DNA of 64,000 nt from Pseudomonadota bacterium. Its GTDB lineage: Bacteria > Bdellovibrionota_C > UBA2361 > SZUA-149. The translations under genes were made by a program, and so were the position numbers. This document shows positions 36,553-46,864 of the stretch, piece by piece. The DNA is taken from positions 7,092 to 71,091 of the forward strand of contig JAKPSH010000207.1 of NCBI GenBank assembly GCA_029555385.1, written 5' to 3'. Within the stretch, counting starts at the first letter, position 1. The number at the start of each line of letters is the position of its first letter. The notes below the pieces were generated by a model. That model made no database searches. It was not told where the DNA came from and saw only the letters and a program-made list of their open reading frames with translations.

Positions 36553-38874
36553 ATGATGCCAGTAAAGTTTCTAAATACTAAATACCTTTTCTGCTTCGTG
36601 CTTTTCACTTTAGTGAACGCAGTATTTGCGGACCCCGCGCAAGGTGAAACATTCTACCGCGAGGTTTTCGTGCGTATTCCCGAAGCCACCGGGAAAGATG
36701 CAGCGCAGAGTTCCGGCTGGAAGGCGCTGCGCAGCCGGCAGCCCGAAGGAAAACCGAGCTACCTCAAGGTATTCCCCCCGGGCTCGCCCACTATATTGCC
36801 GGCAGTAAACAGTTCACCAGCCGGAAACGAAGAAGGTCATGCACTTTGGTCGCGCACGGAAAGCGGCGCATTGATTATTTACACCGATGAAATAAGCTTC
36901 GATATCAGCGAACTCTTCTCCGTGCGCTACGAGCAGCGCTTAAATGGAATCGCCGCAAGTACACACCTTGCGCTGCTTATTGGTTCAACATGGTATATTT
37001 CCGATGCTCCGGCTTTGCAAAAGCAACGGGGGATTTGGGAAAATGTCGAGTACTCACTTGCTGGAATGACTTTCGGCACTGCCGTGCATACACCATGCTT
37101 AGGCCCGCCGCTTCCGGAGAATTCTGGTTTCCATCTGCCGCCCATCGGCCAAGTTCTTGCCTTTGGCGTGGTCGTCAAGGACGTAAACGGGCGCATCAGA
37201 ATCGACAACTTCGCCCTCAATAACCGGCACCCGGAAGGCTCGCCAGAGAAAACACCGGTGGGACCGGGCGTGAAAGATTGCCAGACAGGCGGTTTTCCGC
37301 TGGGAGACTACGGCCTTGACGCTGACGAACTGGTGCAGCTTTGCCGGGAAGATGAAACAGCGCTGGACTGTCTCGACGACCCGGACCAGGACAGCCTGGT
37401 TGAACGCGAAGAGTGGTACTACGGCACCAATCCTCTCGACCCGGACACAGACGGAGACGGGCGCCGTGACGGCGCCGAAGTAGATGACGGCAGCAGTCCG
37501 CTCGACAGCGGCAGCTTCCTCATGCCGCCGGCGGCGAAACCGTGCCTGGAATGGAATAATTTTTTCGGAATGTGGAATGTCGCCGAGCACCTTAACGCCG
37601 GCACCGCTGGACTACCGGCGCTGATCGACGTGCGCAGCATCACCGGTTCGCCGCTCGAACAATACGGGTTTTATCTGTCCGCGCTCGAACAGCGTGATAT
37701 CCTCGTTCATGAAACACCGCAGCGGCTGAGCATCCGCGACAGCTACGGCGTCGTCTGCTCGAGCGACGTTGCGGCACGGGGCACGCTGCGGCTGGCGATG
37801 ATTCAGTACAAGACCGCCTTGCCCAGCCCAGGTTCCACCCGCACTTTCCAATATGCGCTTGGCGCACCGGCAAGCATCGGTGTGCGCGGCAAACAGGTTA
37901 TTCCGTTCAACACTTTTTCGCCAAGCATCGCCGCCGGCGAAGAGAATTTCCGCGTCGCAAACTGGATCACTCTGGTTAACCAAGGGGAGTCCGGCCCTGC
38001 GGGGCCCGCCGAACTAGGGCGCTTAACTTTCTATAATCTCGACGGAGCGCAGCTTGACTCTTTCTGGCTCGCGCTTGCGCCGGGAGAACGCCGCGACTTC
38101 GCCGGCGGCCACCAGTTCGGCATTAACCGTGCCGGGCTGGTTGAGTTTGAACCCGCAAACCCGGCTGCGCGCTTTTCCGTAAGCAGCAGCCGCTATGTCT
38201 ATAACAATGCCGCGTTCGACCCCGCAGGTATTGTCACCGCATTCCGGCTCCCGGCCGCACCGCCCACCGGCAGGCCGCTTGCTGTTCCGCTTGATGCCAA
38301 GGATTACTCGGCCATCCTGGAAGTCGGCAATGTCAACACCTCCGCAGATGCCATCGAGGTCACCATCTTTAACGACACCGGAGTGCAGAAACAGCGTTAT
38401 GTGCTTTATCTTGCCCCCAAGTCTTCGTATCACATTATTACCGATGCCCTATTGGAATACGGCCGCGGCACGGCGCTGATCAAGGGCGTTGCAGCAAACA
38501 GCACGATAGCAGTGGCCATGCACTACCGCAGACGCTCCAGCGGCTCCATTAAGAATATGTTCGGCCTGGTGGCGCGGGAAGCTTTGGGCACAGCACAGTT
38601 CACGTCGTATAACACTTTTCTCGGACAGCAAACGCAGCTCTGGGGCGTCAATGCCGCGCAAACCGCCAAAGATCTGACAGTATCTTATGCCACAGGAGAA
38701 AACACTTACAGCACCAACGACACCTCTGTCGCACCACATGCGCTGAAAATCGTTAAAGTTGCCGCTCCGGCTGATCGTTACGGCGTAGTCGCCATCTCCA
38801 GCGAACCCGGCACTGTTTGGTGGAGCCTGCGCAAACATCCTGATTACGTCGTAGCACTCGCCGCTGGGGGATGA
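36553..38874 (+). CDS. Large secreted protein with thrombospondin type-3-like Ca-binding repeats
   Basis: Signal peptide; DPDQDSLVEREE...GTNPLDPDTDGDGRRDGAEV...SSPLD; beta-rich flanking domains. Confidence 0.8.
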   Translation: MMPVKFLNTKYLFCFVLFTLVNAVFADPAQGETFYREVFVRIPEATGKDAAQSSGWKALRSRQPEGKPSYLKVFPPGSPTILPAVNSSPAGNEEGHALWSRTESGALIIYTDEISFDISELFSVRYEQRLNGIAASTHLALLIGSTWYISDAPALQKQRGIWENVEYSLAGMTFGTAVHTPCLGPPLPENSGFHLPPIGQVLAFGVVVKDVNGRIRIDNFALNNRHPEGSPEKTPVGPGVKDCQTGGFPLGDYGLDADELVQLCREDETALDCLDDPDQDSLVEREEWYYGTNPLDPDTDGDGRRDGAEVDDGSSPLDSGSFLMPPAAKPCLEWNNFFGMWNVAEHLNAGTAGLPALIDVRSITGSPLEQYGFYLSALEQRDILVHETPQRLSIRDSYGVVCSSDVAARGTLRLAMIQYKTALPSPGSTRTFQYALGAPASIGVRGKQVIPFNTFSPSIAAGEENFRVANWITLVNQGESGPAGPAELGRLTFYNLDGAQLDSFWLALAPGERRDFAGGHQFGINRAGLVEFEPANPAARFSVSSSRYVYNNAAFDPAGIVTAFRLPAAPPTGRPLAVPLDAKDYSAILEVGNVNTSADAIEVTIFNDTGVQKQRYVLYLAPKSSYHIITDALLEYGRGTALIKGVAANSTIAVAMHYRRRSSGSIKNMFGLVAREALGTAQFTSYNTFLGQQTQLWGVNAAQTAKDLTVSYATGENTYSTNDTSVAPHALKIVKVAAPADRYGVVAISSEPGTVWWSLRKHPDYVVALAAGG

Positions 38875-38991
38875 CCCCCTCCGGGATATGAAAACCTGGC
38901 GCTATGCCGCCGTCCGGCAAAAGTCATTGCCGAATCATCAAGCCGCAAAACCCGTTTTCATGAACCAGCAATCTGGGCTAAGTTCCACAGT

Positions 38992-40455
38992 GTGGAAACT
39001 GCGGATAAACACGTGGTGGTGCTCGGCGCGGGACCAGCCGGTCTCACGACGGCCTACCTCCTTGCCCAGAATGGCCGTCCTGTAACAGTCTTGGAAGCGG
39101 ATCCCATTTATGTCGGAGGTCTCGCCCGGACAGTGTCTTACCACGGCTTCCGCTTTGACATCGGCGGACACCGCTTCTTTTCCAAATCCGAGAACGTTGA
39201 GCGCCTGTGGTCCGAGATCCTGCCCAATGACATGCTCGAATGCATTCGCCTGTCCCGCATCCACTTTCGCAGCGAGCTGATGTCCTATCCGCTTCGGCCG
39301 TTCGAGGTAATCGAACGGCTGGGGGTACTTGAATTTGCGCGCTGTATCCTTTCTTATTGGCAGGCTTGTGTCTTTCCTTCGCATCCGGCAATAACTTTTG
39401 AAGATTGGGCCATCAACGCCTTTGGCCGCCGCCTGTTTGAAATTTTCTTTAAGACTTACACGGAAAAAGTATGGGGTCTGAGCTGCCGCGAGATATCCGC
39501 TGATTGGGCAGCGCAACGAATTAAAAAGATGTCGCTTGCCGATGCGGCGTTTGCTGCCTTGCGGCAAACGCCGCTCTCCAGGCGAGATACGATCACCAGT
39601 CTCACCACTTCGTTTCGATATCCGCGCCTTGGCCCTGGCATGATGTGGGAAAAGTGCGCCGAGAAAATGTGCGCCGCGGGCGGCAGACTGCTCATGGGCC
39701 GGCCTGTCCAGGAACTTGAGTATTGCGCGCAAACCGGGCGCTGGCGCATCGTGGCGCAGGCAAAAAACGGCAATAGCGAAACTTTTGACGCGGGAACGGT
39801 GGTATCCTCGATCCCGCTCACCGACTTGGCCCGTATGCTCAAGCCGGAGCTTTCTTGGAATGCCCTCCAGGCCGTTCAAACACTTCGTTACCGGGACTTT
39901 CTTAGCGCGGCGGTCATTTTGCGGGAACGCGTTGCGCTGCAGGATCACTGGATTTACGTCCATGAACCAGCGGTTAGAGCAAGCCGGATTCAGAATTATA
40001 AGAGTTGGAGCCCCGCATTAATACCAGAACCCGGCCTGTGCTGCTTAGGTCTGGAGTATTTTTGCAATGCCAGTGATGAACTTTGGCACATGAACGACGA
40101 ACGATTGTTGAAACTTGCGTTGAACGAGTTGACGCAGTTAGGTTTGGCGCAGCCTGAAGACCTCGTGGATGGCTATGTAGTGCGCCAGCCAAAGGCCTAT
40201 CCCGTTTACGACTTGGGATACTCCGGGCGGGTACAGCTTGTCTTGTCCGAACTCGAGAGCCGCTTCCCGTCGCTGCACCTTGTGGGCCGAAACGGCAGGC
40301 ACCGCTACAACAATCAGGACCACTCAATGACTACAGCCATGCTGTCCGCCGCAAATATTCTTGCTGGGGAAAGGATGTACAACTTGCACAAGGTAAACGA
40401 AGACGCCGAGTACCTTGAAGAGCCTGTCGCAAAATACAGCCCCTGCTGCGAATGA
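38992..40455 (+). CDS. NAD(P)/FAD-dependent oxidoreductase (protoporphyrinogen oxidase / UDP-galactopyranose mutase-like family)
   Basis: VVVLGAGPAGL, VGGLARTV, FDIGGHRFFSK, KTYTEKVWG, GRNGRHRYNNQDHSM; last 11 aa come from a MITE A half-copy. Confidence 0.9.
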   Translation: METADKHVVVLGAGPAGLTTAYLLAQNGRPVTVLEADPIYVGGLARTVSYHGFRFDIGGHRFFSKSENVERLWSEILPNDMLECIRLSRIHFRSELMSYPLRPFEVIERLGVLEFARCILSYWQACVFPSHPAITFEDWAINAFGRRLFEIFFKTYTEKVWGLSCREISADWAAQRIKKMSLADAAFAALRQTPLSRRDTITSLTTSFRYPRLGPGMMWEKCAEKMCAAGGRLLMGRPVQELEYCAQTGRWRIVAQAKNGNSETFDAGTVVSSIPLTDLARMLKPELSWNALQAVQTLRYRDFLSAAVILRERVALQDHWIYVHEPAVRASRIQNYKSWSPALIPEPGLCCLGLEYFCNASDELWHMNDERLLKLALNELTQLGLAQPEDLVDGYVVRQPKAYPVYDLGYSGRVQLVLSELESRFPSLHLVGRNGRHRYNNQDHSMTTAMLSAANILAGERMYNLHKVNEDAEYLEEPVAKYSPCCE

Positions 40456-40469
40456 GAGATTTTGGCTGC
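40420..40469. repeat. Half copy of MITE family A
   Basis: 47/50 identity to the reverse complement of 8691-8740. Confidence 0.85.
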
Positions 40470-40484
40470 AGCTTTCGGGGAGAA

Positions 40485-41534
40485 TTACGGCGAAGGCTCG
40501 AACTCGGCAAGAAACTTCTGAAAAACAGCAAAGTTCTCTTCGGGCGAGCGGGAAAGTTCAAAGAAATAACTCCTGGTTAAGAAGACCAGCCTTACCGCGG
40601 CATATAGCCGTCTAGCTGTCAGCCATATTCTGAAAACCAAACCCTGCCAATCAAGACCGAGAAACAACTCCACTAGCTGGGGCACACCCACTCCCACAAC
40701 CATGCCCGAAAAAAAAGCCTTGAATGCGGAGACTCGGCCCGCAGGCACAATACGCGCTGGGGCGTTAAGGTTTCGCACGCCGATGAGAGTACAGCGCGCA
40801 GGGGCCGTGGTTTCCAACTTATCCCTAAAGGCATTGAGGTCAATCAGCCATTTGGCATCAAACTCCCGCCGTTGGAAGTACCTTAGATGCTTTTCGTCAA
40901 TATTATGGGGCTTGCCGCAGACGCCGATGCGAACGGGGAATCCAATAAGCGTTCCATCACTTTTGGCCAAGGTAAGATCATCAGACAGAAGTTTAACTTG
41001 CGGAAGCGAAATAGCCTTCATCGATAAGGTGGTTTTCCCGCCTCCGGAAGGCAACAGAAGCATAATCCCTGCGCCGCCGGCCGCGAGACCGAGCGCGTGA
41101 ACCCGATGATATCCCTGCTCTTCAAGCAGTTCCCCCAGCCGCGCCAGGATAATAAGATACGCCACTTCGTGCATCAGTTCGTTGTTCTTCGTCCAGAGAA
41201 CGCCCCTGTCTTCGCGTTTCTGCCATCGCACCAGCGCTTCGCCATTATAGTAGTCAACCCAACGTTCATCGCTGTTTTCGAAACTGGCGTAGCGCGGCTG
41301 CACCATCGATGCCCGGATAGCCGGCAGTGCTTGATGACACTCGCTCTTCCAGCAGTAAAGTTGGATCGATTTGTATGACGGCTTTTGCGGCATAAAATCG
41401 AGTGCGCCAAAGTCAACTTTCAGGGCATCTAAGACCTCGGCACTATCAGAAAAGACAGAAACAGAAATCCCCTGAAAGCAGAAACTGAAACGTCCTGCAT
41501 CAGGTGGGGGCTGGTCAGTACTCATAGTCCGCAC
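40485..41534 (-). CDS. HprK-related P-loop kinase
   Basis: RVHALG, LPSGGGKTT (Walker A) and LLSDD are the HprK/PEPCK-type motif triad. Confidence 0.8.
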   Translation of the reverse strand: MRTMSTDQPPPDAGRFSFCFQGISVSVFSDSAEVLDALKVDFGALDFMPQKPSYKSIQLYCWKSECHQALPAIRASMVQPRYASFENSDERWVDYYNGEALVRWQKREDRGVLWTKNNELMHEVAYLIILARLGELLEEQGYHRVHALGLAAGGAGIMLLLPSGGGKTTLSMKAISLPQVKLLSDDLTLAKSDGTLIGFPVRIGVCGKPHNIDEKHLRYFQRREFDAKWLIDLNAFRDKLETTAPARCTLIGVRNLNAPARIVPAGRVSAFKAFFSGMVVGVGVPQLVELFLGLDWQGLVFRIWLTARRLYAAVRLVFLTRSYFFELSRSPEENFAVFQKFLAEFEPSP

Positions 41535-42201
41535 CTAACAGCTTGGCTATTTCGGTCATAATCGTTTTTGTCACGTTCTTCCGGGCCGCCTTCCTTTTCT
41601 CTCCAGGGCGTAAGGAAAAACGTAAAGGACAACCTATGCTAATGGCGGCGGGCGCAATTCCCGGCAACTTCTTGCCTTTCGGCCAGGCCGCCCAAAATCC
41701 GGACAGGCCGACAGGAACGACAGGAACACCCGTAGCCAGCGCAAGCGCGGCAGCACCGTCTTTGGCCTGCTGCAGACGGCCATCCGTTGAACGCGTGCCC
41801 TCAGGAAAGATACCGACGATCTCGCCGCGCCGCAGATACTCAACAGCCGCAGCATAGGCATAGCTTACTGAACGGGGTTTACCAGGATCCACGGGAATCG
41901 TTTGCGCATTTTTCAGAAACCTGCCCCAGAACGCATGCGCAAAAAGCTTTCGGTGCCCCAAGAAATAAACGCGCCTCTTTAACTTTCTCATAAACACCGG
42001 ATAAACAATAAACCAATCCAAAAAGCTCGCATGATTCGCCGCCAGGATAAATCCCGATTCTGGAAGGTTCTCCGTGCCGTAAATCTTGCCTTTCAGCAGC
42101 ACAAAAAAGTAGAACTCGATCACCGGACCATAACTCCCGAGCAACAAACAGTCGACAAGTCTGCGGCCCGGACTATACTTTTCGGCCACTGGCCCTCCCA
42201 C
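41515..42201 (-). CDS. 1-acyl-sn-glycerol-3-phosphate acyltransferase (PlsC family)
   Basis: NHASFLD (HxxxxD), IFPEGTRS, VPVVPV. Confidence 0.92.
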   Translation of the reverse strand: MGGPVAEKYSPGRRLVDCLLLGSYGPVIEFYFFVLLKGKIYGTENLPESGFILAANHASFLDWFIVYPVFMRKLKRRVYFLGHRKLFAHAFWGRFLKNAQTIPVDPGKPRSVSYAYAAAVEYLRRGEIVGIFPEGTRSTDGRLQQAKDGAAALALATGVPVVPVGLSGFWAAWPKGKKLPGIAPAAISIGCPLRFSLRPGEKRKAARKNVTKTIMTEIAKLLGADYEY

Positions 42202-42268
42202 TTGCCATCATTTCCGCCAAAAATATTCCATCAAATATCAGTTTTTTCATAGACACTTTTTTTGTATC

Positions 42269-43774
42269 TTGGCGGCAAGGGAAAAACCTATTAGGGCAAT
42301 GCGCGTGAAGGCCAAACATGGCACCCAAAGAAACCTAACAGAATGGTTCGGACTGCGTCTATTCATTGTCGCCACGCAAGGACTGTATCCATTTTCCTTA
42401 CTCTACAGGCTTTTTTACCGTTTCGCTCTTCGTTTCTTTCTTTACCAGGCCAAAAAGGATCGTGCGATTACCGCCGTTTTTTTGCGGCACCTTTGCGCGG
42501 CTTCCGTGCATGACGCAGGACTAACCGATATCGATCTGAGTATCACCATGCGCAGCACGTCCATCGCGGAAACCTTGGAGCATCTCCAACGCTTCTGGCG
42601 CAAGTACGAAACATGGAGACGGCTTTTCCCGATGATTGGCGAAATCGAGCTCTTTCATTCCGAGGATTTCCTGCCCAGCGTGCGGCTTGCGTCGGCAAGA
42701 GCAGTAGTCCCGCGCAAGCACTCCGTTGTCTTCCTCAGCTCTCCCGCTGCGGATGTGGCTGACGCAATCCGTCTTCTTGCGCACCACGATGGAGGCTGCA
42801 CAGAACGCAGCTACGACATCAATATCCTTCATCGTTATATCCTTTGTTTCTTTGGGGAATTGTTTAATCGTCTGCTGACTCCCTCTCGACTCGGCAGGAG
42901 ACTGCTGGAACACGCGGCGCACAGAATTGTTGCTATTTCCGCGCTCGCGGCACCGGGCAAGACTCACCTCATTACAGGCACTCTCCATGAACTCCCGGAG
43001 CAGCGCCTTTTTTACGAACTGCAAACGCATTTAAAGGAGATCTTTGCACCAGTTGCTGCGCCGGATGCTGAGCCGCTAACGCTTCCCAGCGCTTCTCCCA
43101 CAAACAGCAAACTCCTTGCATTTGCCGAAATAATTGAACCGGCCTGCGCTCCGGTATTTCAAGCTCTTCCCGCAGCTCTCGTTTTCTTGAGCCGTTGTGG
43201 TTGGCACGACCGCCACTGCGTGATCTGCATTGTTGAAGACGATATAACCGAGGCGGACGCCTCTTTCGCGCTGAATGTTCTGACTAGCGCTTTTTCCCGG
43301 CATCGAGACTATTGGGTCGCCAGTAGTCACCCCGGCATCATCGCCAATCAGTTTCCCTTATTCACTTTCCCTGTGATTCTCCCGCGCTCTCTTTGGCTTG
43401 CTCTGGCCAAAGCCGAACCCTTCGAAGCAGTCAAATTCCTCAATGACGGCATCGTCACTGGTTCCACGCCAGTCCTGGCCGCGCTGCCTCTGCCTGCTCG
43501 TGCTTCACTATTGGACTTCGCGGCATTCCAGTGCTGGCACCTGTCCCACTTGAAAAACAATTATTTCCGCTTGCCCGAAGCCGGGTTGGGAGAACTATAT
43601 GCGCACATTCTCAGCATAATTGATTGTTATACGGAAATACTGACCGGCTGTCCGAGTGCACGCCAACCAGCATCTTTTTTGGAAAAGACTGGTTTTGTTG
43701 CACAGTACACTGCGGTCTCATCTGCTATCGAGAGCTTTCGCAATCTCCTTAGCTCAGTCGAGGAACACCATTGA
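42269..43774 (+). CDS. Hypothetical protein with a degenerate Pol-beta-type nucleotidyltransferase N-terminal domain
   Basis: ITAVFLR-x10-GLTDIDL (DxD) and later GEIEL; canonical GS replaced by HL; start uncertain. Confidence 0.65.
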   Translation: MAAREKPIRAMRVKAKHGTQRNLTEWFGLRLFIVATQGLYPFSLLYRLFYRFALRFFLYQAKKDRAITAVFLRHLCAASVHDAGLTDIDLSITMRSTSIAETLEHLQRFWRKYETWRRLFPMIGEIELFHSEDFLPSVRLASARAVVPRKHSVVFLSSPAADVADAIRLLAHHDGGCTERSYDINILHRYILCFFGELFNRLLTPSRLGRRLLEHAAHRIVAISALAAPGKTHLITGTLHELPEQRLFYELQTHLKEIFAPVAAPDAEPLTLPSASPTNSKLLAFAEIIEPACAPVFQALPAALVFLSRCGWHDRHCVICIVEDDITEADASFALNVLTSAFSRHRDYWVASSHPGIIANQFPLFTFPVILPRSLWLALAKAEPFEAVKFLNDGIVTGSTPVLAALPLPARASLLDFAAFQCWHLSHLKNNYFRLPEAGLGELYAHILSIIDCYTEILTGCPSARQPASFLEKTGFVAQYTAVSSAIESFRNLLSSVEEHH

Positions 43775-45027
43775 TGGAAAAGAAAGCTCTGATCATTTAT
43801 GAAATCGCCGGCCTGGGCCACGAGAAGGTTGCGGGCATCCTCGCCGGAATGCTCGAACAAAACGGCTATATTGTGACCAAGCTCGCCATGAGCAGTCTAC
43901 TCAATGCAAAAGATGCATATTTTTTTTCGTGGACTTGGAACTATTTTGTCAGACGCAACCTCGTTTTCCTCGCCAACGCGATTAATATCTTTTCCGTCCG
44001 CTTGTTCTTTCTGCCCCTGTTCGAACTGCGCAACACGGAGCGCGTCATACAAAAGATTTCTGAGCAACGGCCCGCGGTTCTGATCAGCACTATTCACTGC
44101 TATAACAAAATTCTTGCCGAGTATTCGACACGGCACCAGACTCCCTTTTTCGTCTTCATCACTGAGGTTTTCCCCACCTTTCTTGACACCGTGGCTCCTG
44201 GCGCAGATCATTTCTGTTATTTCAACGAATCGAGAAACCTTGTACATGCCTTTGACTTTAATCTCGGCTACTACCAGAACAAAATTATTCCGGGCCGCTG
44301 GTTGCAAAACATTGCACGTTACATAACTAGCCGGCTGCGGGACTTTCGTAAAAGAGGCCCGAAGGAGGCGCTGTTTGTTCAAGAGCTCAATGATTTGCCC
44401 AAGAACAACAACGCGACTTGCTTCACCCTTGGCCCTTTCTCAAGCAAAGAGTTCTTTGAGCCTAAAGATCGCCGAGAAATCGCTCAACGCTTGGGTCTTT
44501 GCGCCGGCCAAGATACTATCTTGATTGCCAGCGGCAGCATCGGCGGACGTTTCGTGTTTGATATGCTTAAGACAATTACCGCAGCGAACCTGCCCGTCAA
44601 TGTTCTTGCTGTCTGCGGGAAAGACAAAACAACTCTGGCACGCGTTCAGGAGTATGCCCGGCGTTATCGTGGCGCCTCGATGATCACGGCTTTTGGATTT
44701 GTTGATTTCTTCGACGAGCTGTTAACTGCCGCCGACGCCGCAGTCTGCCGCCCATCAGCGCAAGTGTTTATTGAATGTTTGTTGAAAACACTGCCGTTCG
44801 TTACCCTGCGCAAGACAACATTTAATGACCATGGCGGACTGCGCATGATTGAAAAATATGGCCTTGGTGAAATTTGCGACTCTCACTCTCAAGTCCCCGC
44901 CCTTGTCTCGTTGGTCCTGCGGCAGAAGCATAAATACCGCAAAAACATTAAGAGCTTGCTCGAAAACTACCCTGCGCAGTATGAAGAAAAAGAAAAGATA
45001 ATCCTCGATGCAATTTCCGGTAGATGA
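43774..45027 (+). CDS. MGDG synthase / UgtP-like GT28 glycosyltransferase
   Basis: GLGHEKVA, RPAVLISTIH, ILIASGSIG, AVCGKD, FGFVDFFDELLTAAD. Confidence 0.82.
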   Translation: MEKKALIIYEIAGLGHEKVAGILAGMLEQNGYIVTKLAMSSLLNAKDAYFFSWTWNYFVRRNLVFLANAINIFSVRLFFLPLFELRNTERVIQKISEQRPAVLISTIHCYNKILAEYSTRHQTPFFVFITEVFPTFLDTVAPGADHFCYFNESRNLVHAFDFNLGYYQNKIIPGRWLQNIARYITSRLRDFRKRGPKEALFVQELNDLPKNNNATCFTLGPFSSKEFFEPKDRREIAQRLGLCAGQDTILIASGSIGGRFVFDMLKTITAANLPVNVLAVCGKDKTTLARVQEYARRYRGASMITAFGFVDFFDELLTAADAAVCRPSAQVFIECLLKTLPFVTLRKTTFNDHGGLRMIEKYGLGEICDSHSQVPALVSLVLRQKHKYRKNIKSLLENYPAQYEEKEKIILDAISGR

Positions 45028-45758
45028 ATACACATCAAATCAGCTTTATCGTCCCAGCTTTTAACGAGGAGGCTGTGCTGCCGGCGCTGCTTGAATCCAT
45101 ACACAGTCAGGGTCTTGATCATTATGAGATTATCGTAGCCGATGCGGCGTCTACTGACCGCACCGCGGAAATCGCACAAGGCTGCGGCGCCAAGGTCGTC
45201 CCTGGCGGCTTGCCTCCGGCAGGCAGAAATAACGCTGCGCGCGCGGCTAGCGGCGATTATCTTTTTTTTGCCGATGCCGACGTAGTATTTCCACCGGGCT
45301 TCCTAACTCAGTTCCTAAGAAAAGTGGAAACAACTGGCGCCGATGCTGCTTCATGTTTTTTTGTTCCCCGAAGCTCATTATTTGCAGACGCTATAATTCA
45401 AACGATTTTTAATTTCTATAATTGGTGCACTCAGTTCTTCTACCCCCACGCTCAAGGCGCATTTATTTTTAGCAAGCGTTGGCTTCATGAACGCATTTCC
45501 GGCTTCGATGAGACGATATTTCTTGGCGAAGATCACGACTATGTCAGACGGGCCCAGGAACACGGCGTTTATAAATATTTTGCATCACCGCGATTGCCGG
45601 TAAGCGTTCGGAGATTCGAAAAAGACGGAAGGCTCCGTGTCTTTCTTTTGTACTGCCGCTGCGAGTGGCACCGCATATTGTGCGGCGAGATCCGGAAAAG
45701 CCGCTTCACCTATGACTATGGGCACTCTTCGCCTGAAACGAAACTCCCGCCGCCATAG
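45024..45758 (+). CDS. Glycosyltransferase family 2
   Basis: ISFIVPAFNEE, EIIVADAASTDRT, GRN, FADAD, GFDE...GED, VSVRRF. Confidence 0.92.
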   Translation: MNTHQISFIVPAFNEEAVLPALLESIHSQGLDHYEIIVADAASTDRTAEIAQGCGAKVVPGGLPPAGRNNAARAASGDYLFFADADVVFPPGFLTQFLRKVETTGADAASCFFVPRSSLFADAIIQTIFNFYNWCTQFFYPHAQGAFIFSKRWLHERISGFDETIFLGEDHDYVRRAQEHGVYKYFASPRLPVSVRRFEKDGRLRVFLLYCRCEWHRILCGEIRKSRFTYDYGHSSPETKLPPP

Positions 45759-45811
45759 CGTCGCGCCGCTGAGTTGCGCACCTGAGCCGCCGCAGACAAC
45801 TGCTCTGTCTC

Positions 45812-46864
45812 TCAAAACCGGTGCGGACAACCGAGGCAAGGAGAGTCCTCCTCGACGAGTTCTTTTTTCTTATACATCGTCCACAGCCGTGCGCTGCGGT
45901 ACTTTGCCCCGTTCCAAATCGCACCGAGCTCTTCCTCGTAAAGGTTGCCGAAGACACTTTCTTTTTTAGACAATAGGCAGCAGGCAAATACACCGCCGTC
46001 CCAGTTAATCATCGGCAGCGTCAAGAGCAGCTCACAACATCGCAGGCGGGCGGTCCAAGACCAGGTATAAAGCGGTGAAGCGAGGTCTTTTCGCACCTGG
46101 CAGTCATTAAGATCCTGCCAATACTCGTCATAGTCTGATTGACTAGTAGCATCATCCGCCTTGAGATCCGCAAGCATCAGATAACCCCGCAAAGGGAGCA
46201 AACGGAATCTCATTGTGAGTTTTTTGGCCAGTGCTCTGGCCTCCGCAATCTCATGCGAATTAAAGCGGTGATAGAGGTACTGCCACACCACAAACGGCGT
46301 GCGGCTTCTCAACCGCTTCTTCACCTCCAGGAGGGTGAGAATGTTGCGCTTGACCAGCTCTACATCGCCTCCTTTTCGATATCTCGCGTAGCATTCCTGG
46401 CTGACACCATCGATAGAAAGACTTAAGACATCGAGACCCGAGCTAACCAAGTGCTCGAAAAAGCATGCGTCCTTTTCGAGGGAGAAATGAGAATGGATCT
46501 CAACTACGATATTTTTACTTCGTGCATAAGAAATCATCTGGAAAATGTCTTGATTGAGCAAAGGCTCTCCCCGGACGGTCAGCGCCAACATTCTAATCTT
46601 TCCGGCTCTGTTTAAAAGCGTCTTAAACCCTTCAAAGGTCAAAACCCCCTTTGGATAATCGGAACGATTCGAGCCGGTAGGACAAAGCGGGCATTGCAGG
46701 TTGCATATATTGCCGGGGTCGATCGCAATAAATCCCGGCAGCGTTGCCCTCCGCCAGATGATCATACTTAGCGCAGCCTTCAAGATCAGCCAGCGCTTAT
46801 AAACATGGCGCAGCTTTGATGAGCGCGATAGTACCGCAAAAATTAACCGATCTGCTCTTTGCAT
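45812..46864 (-). CDS. Radical SAM protein with SPASM/twitch domain
   Basis: CNLQCPLC (CxxxCxxC), GEPLL, SIDG, C-terminal C...INWDGGVFACC...FGNL...IWNG...CLGC. Confidence 0.92.
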   Translation of the reverse strand: MQRADRLIFAVLSRSSKLRHVYKRWLILKAALSMIIWRRATLPGFIAIDPGNICNLQCPLCPTGSNRSDYPKGVLTFEGFKTLLNRAGKIRMLALTVRGEPLLNQDIFQMISYARSKNIVVEIHSHFSLEKDACFFEHLVSSGLDVLSLSIDGVSQECYARYRKGGDVELVKRNILTLLEVKKRLRSRTPFVVWQYLYHRFNSHEIAEARALAKKLTMRFRLLPLRGYLMLADLKADDATSQSDYDEYWQDLNDCQVRKDLASPLYTWSWTARLRCCELLLTLPMINWDGGVFACCLLSKKESVFGNLYEEELGAIWNGAKYRSARLWTMYKKKELVEEDSPCLGCPHRF

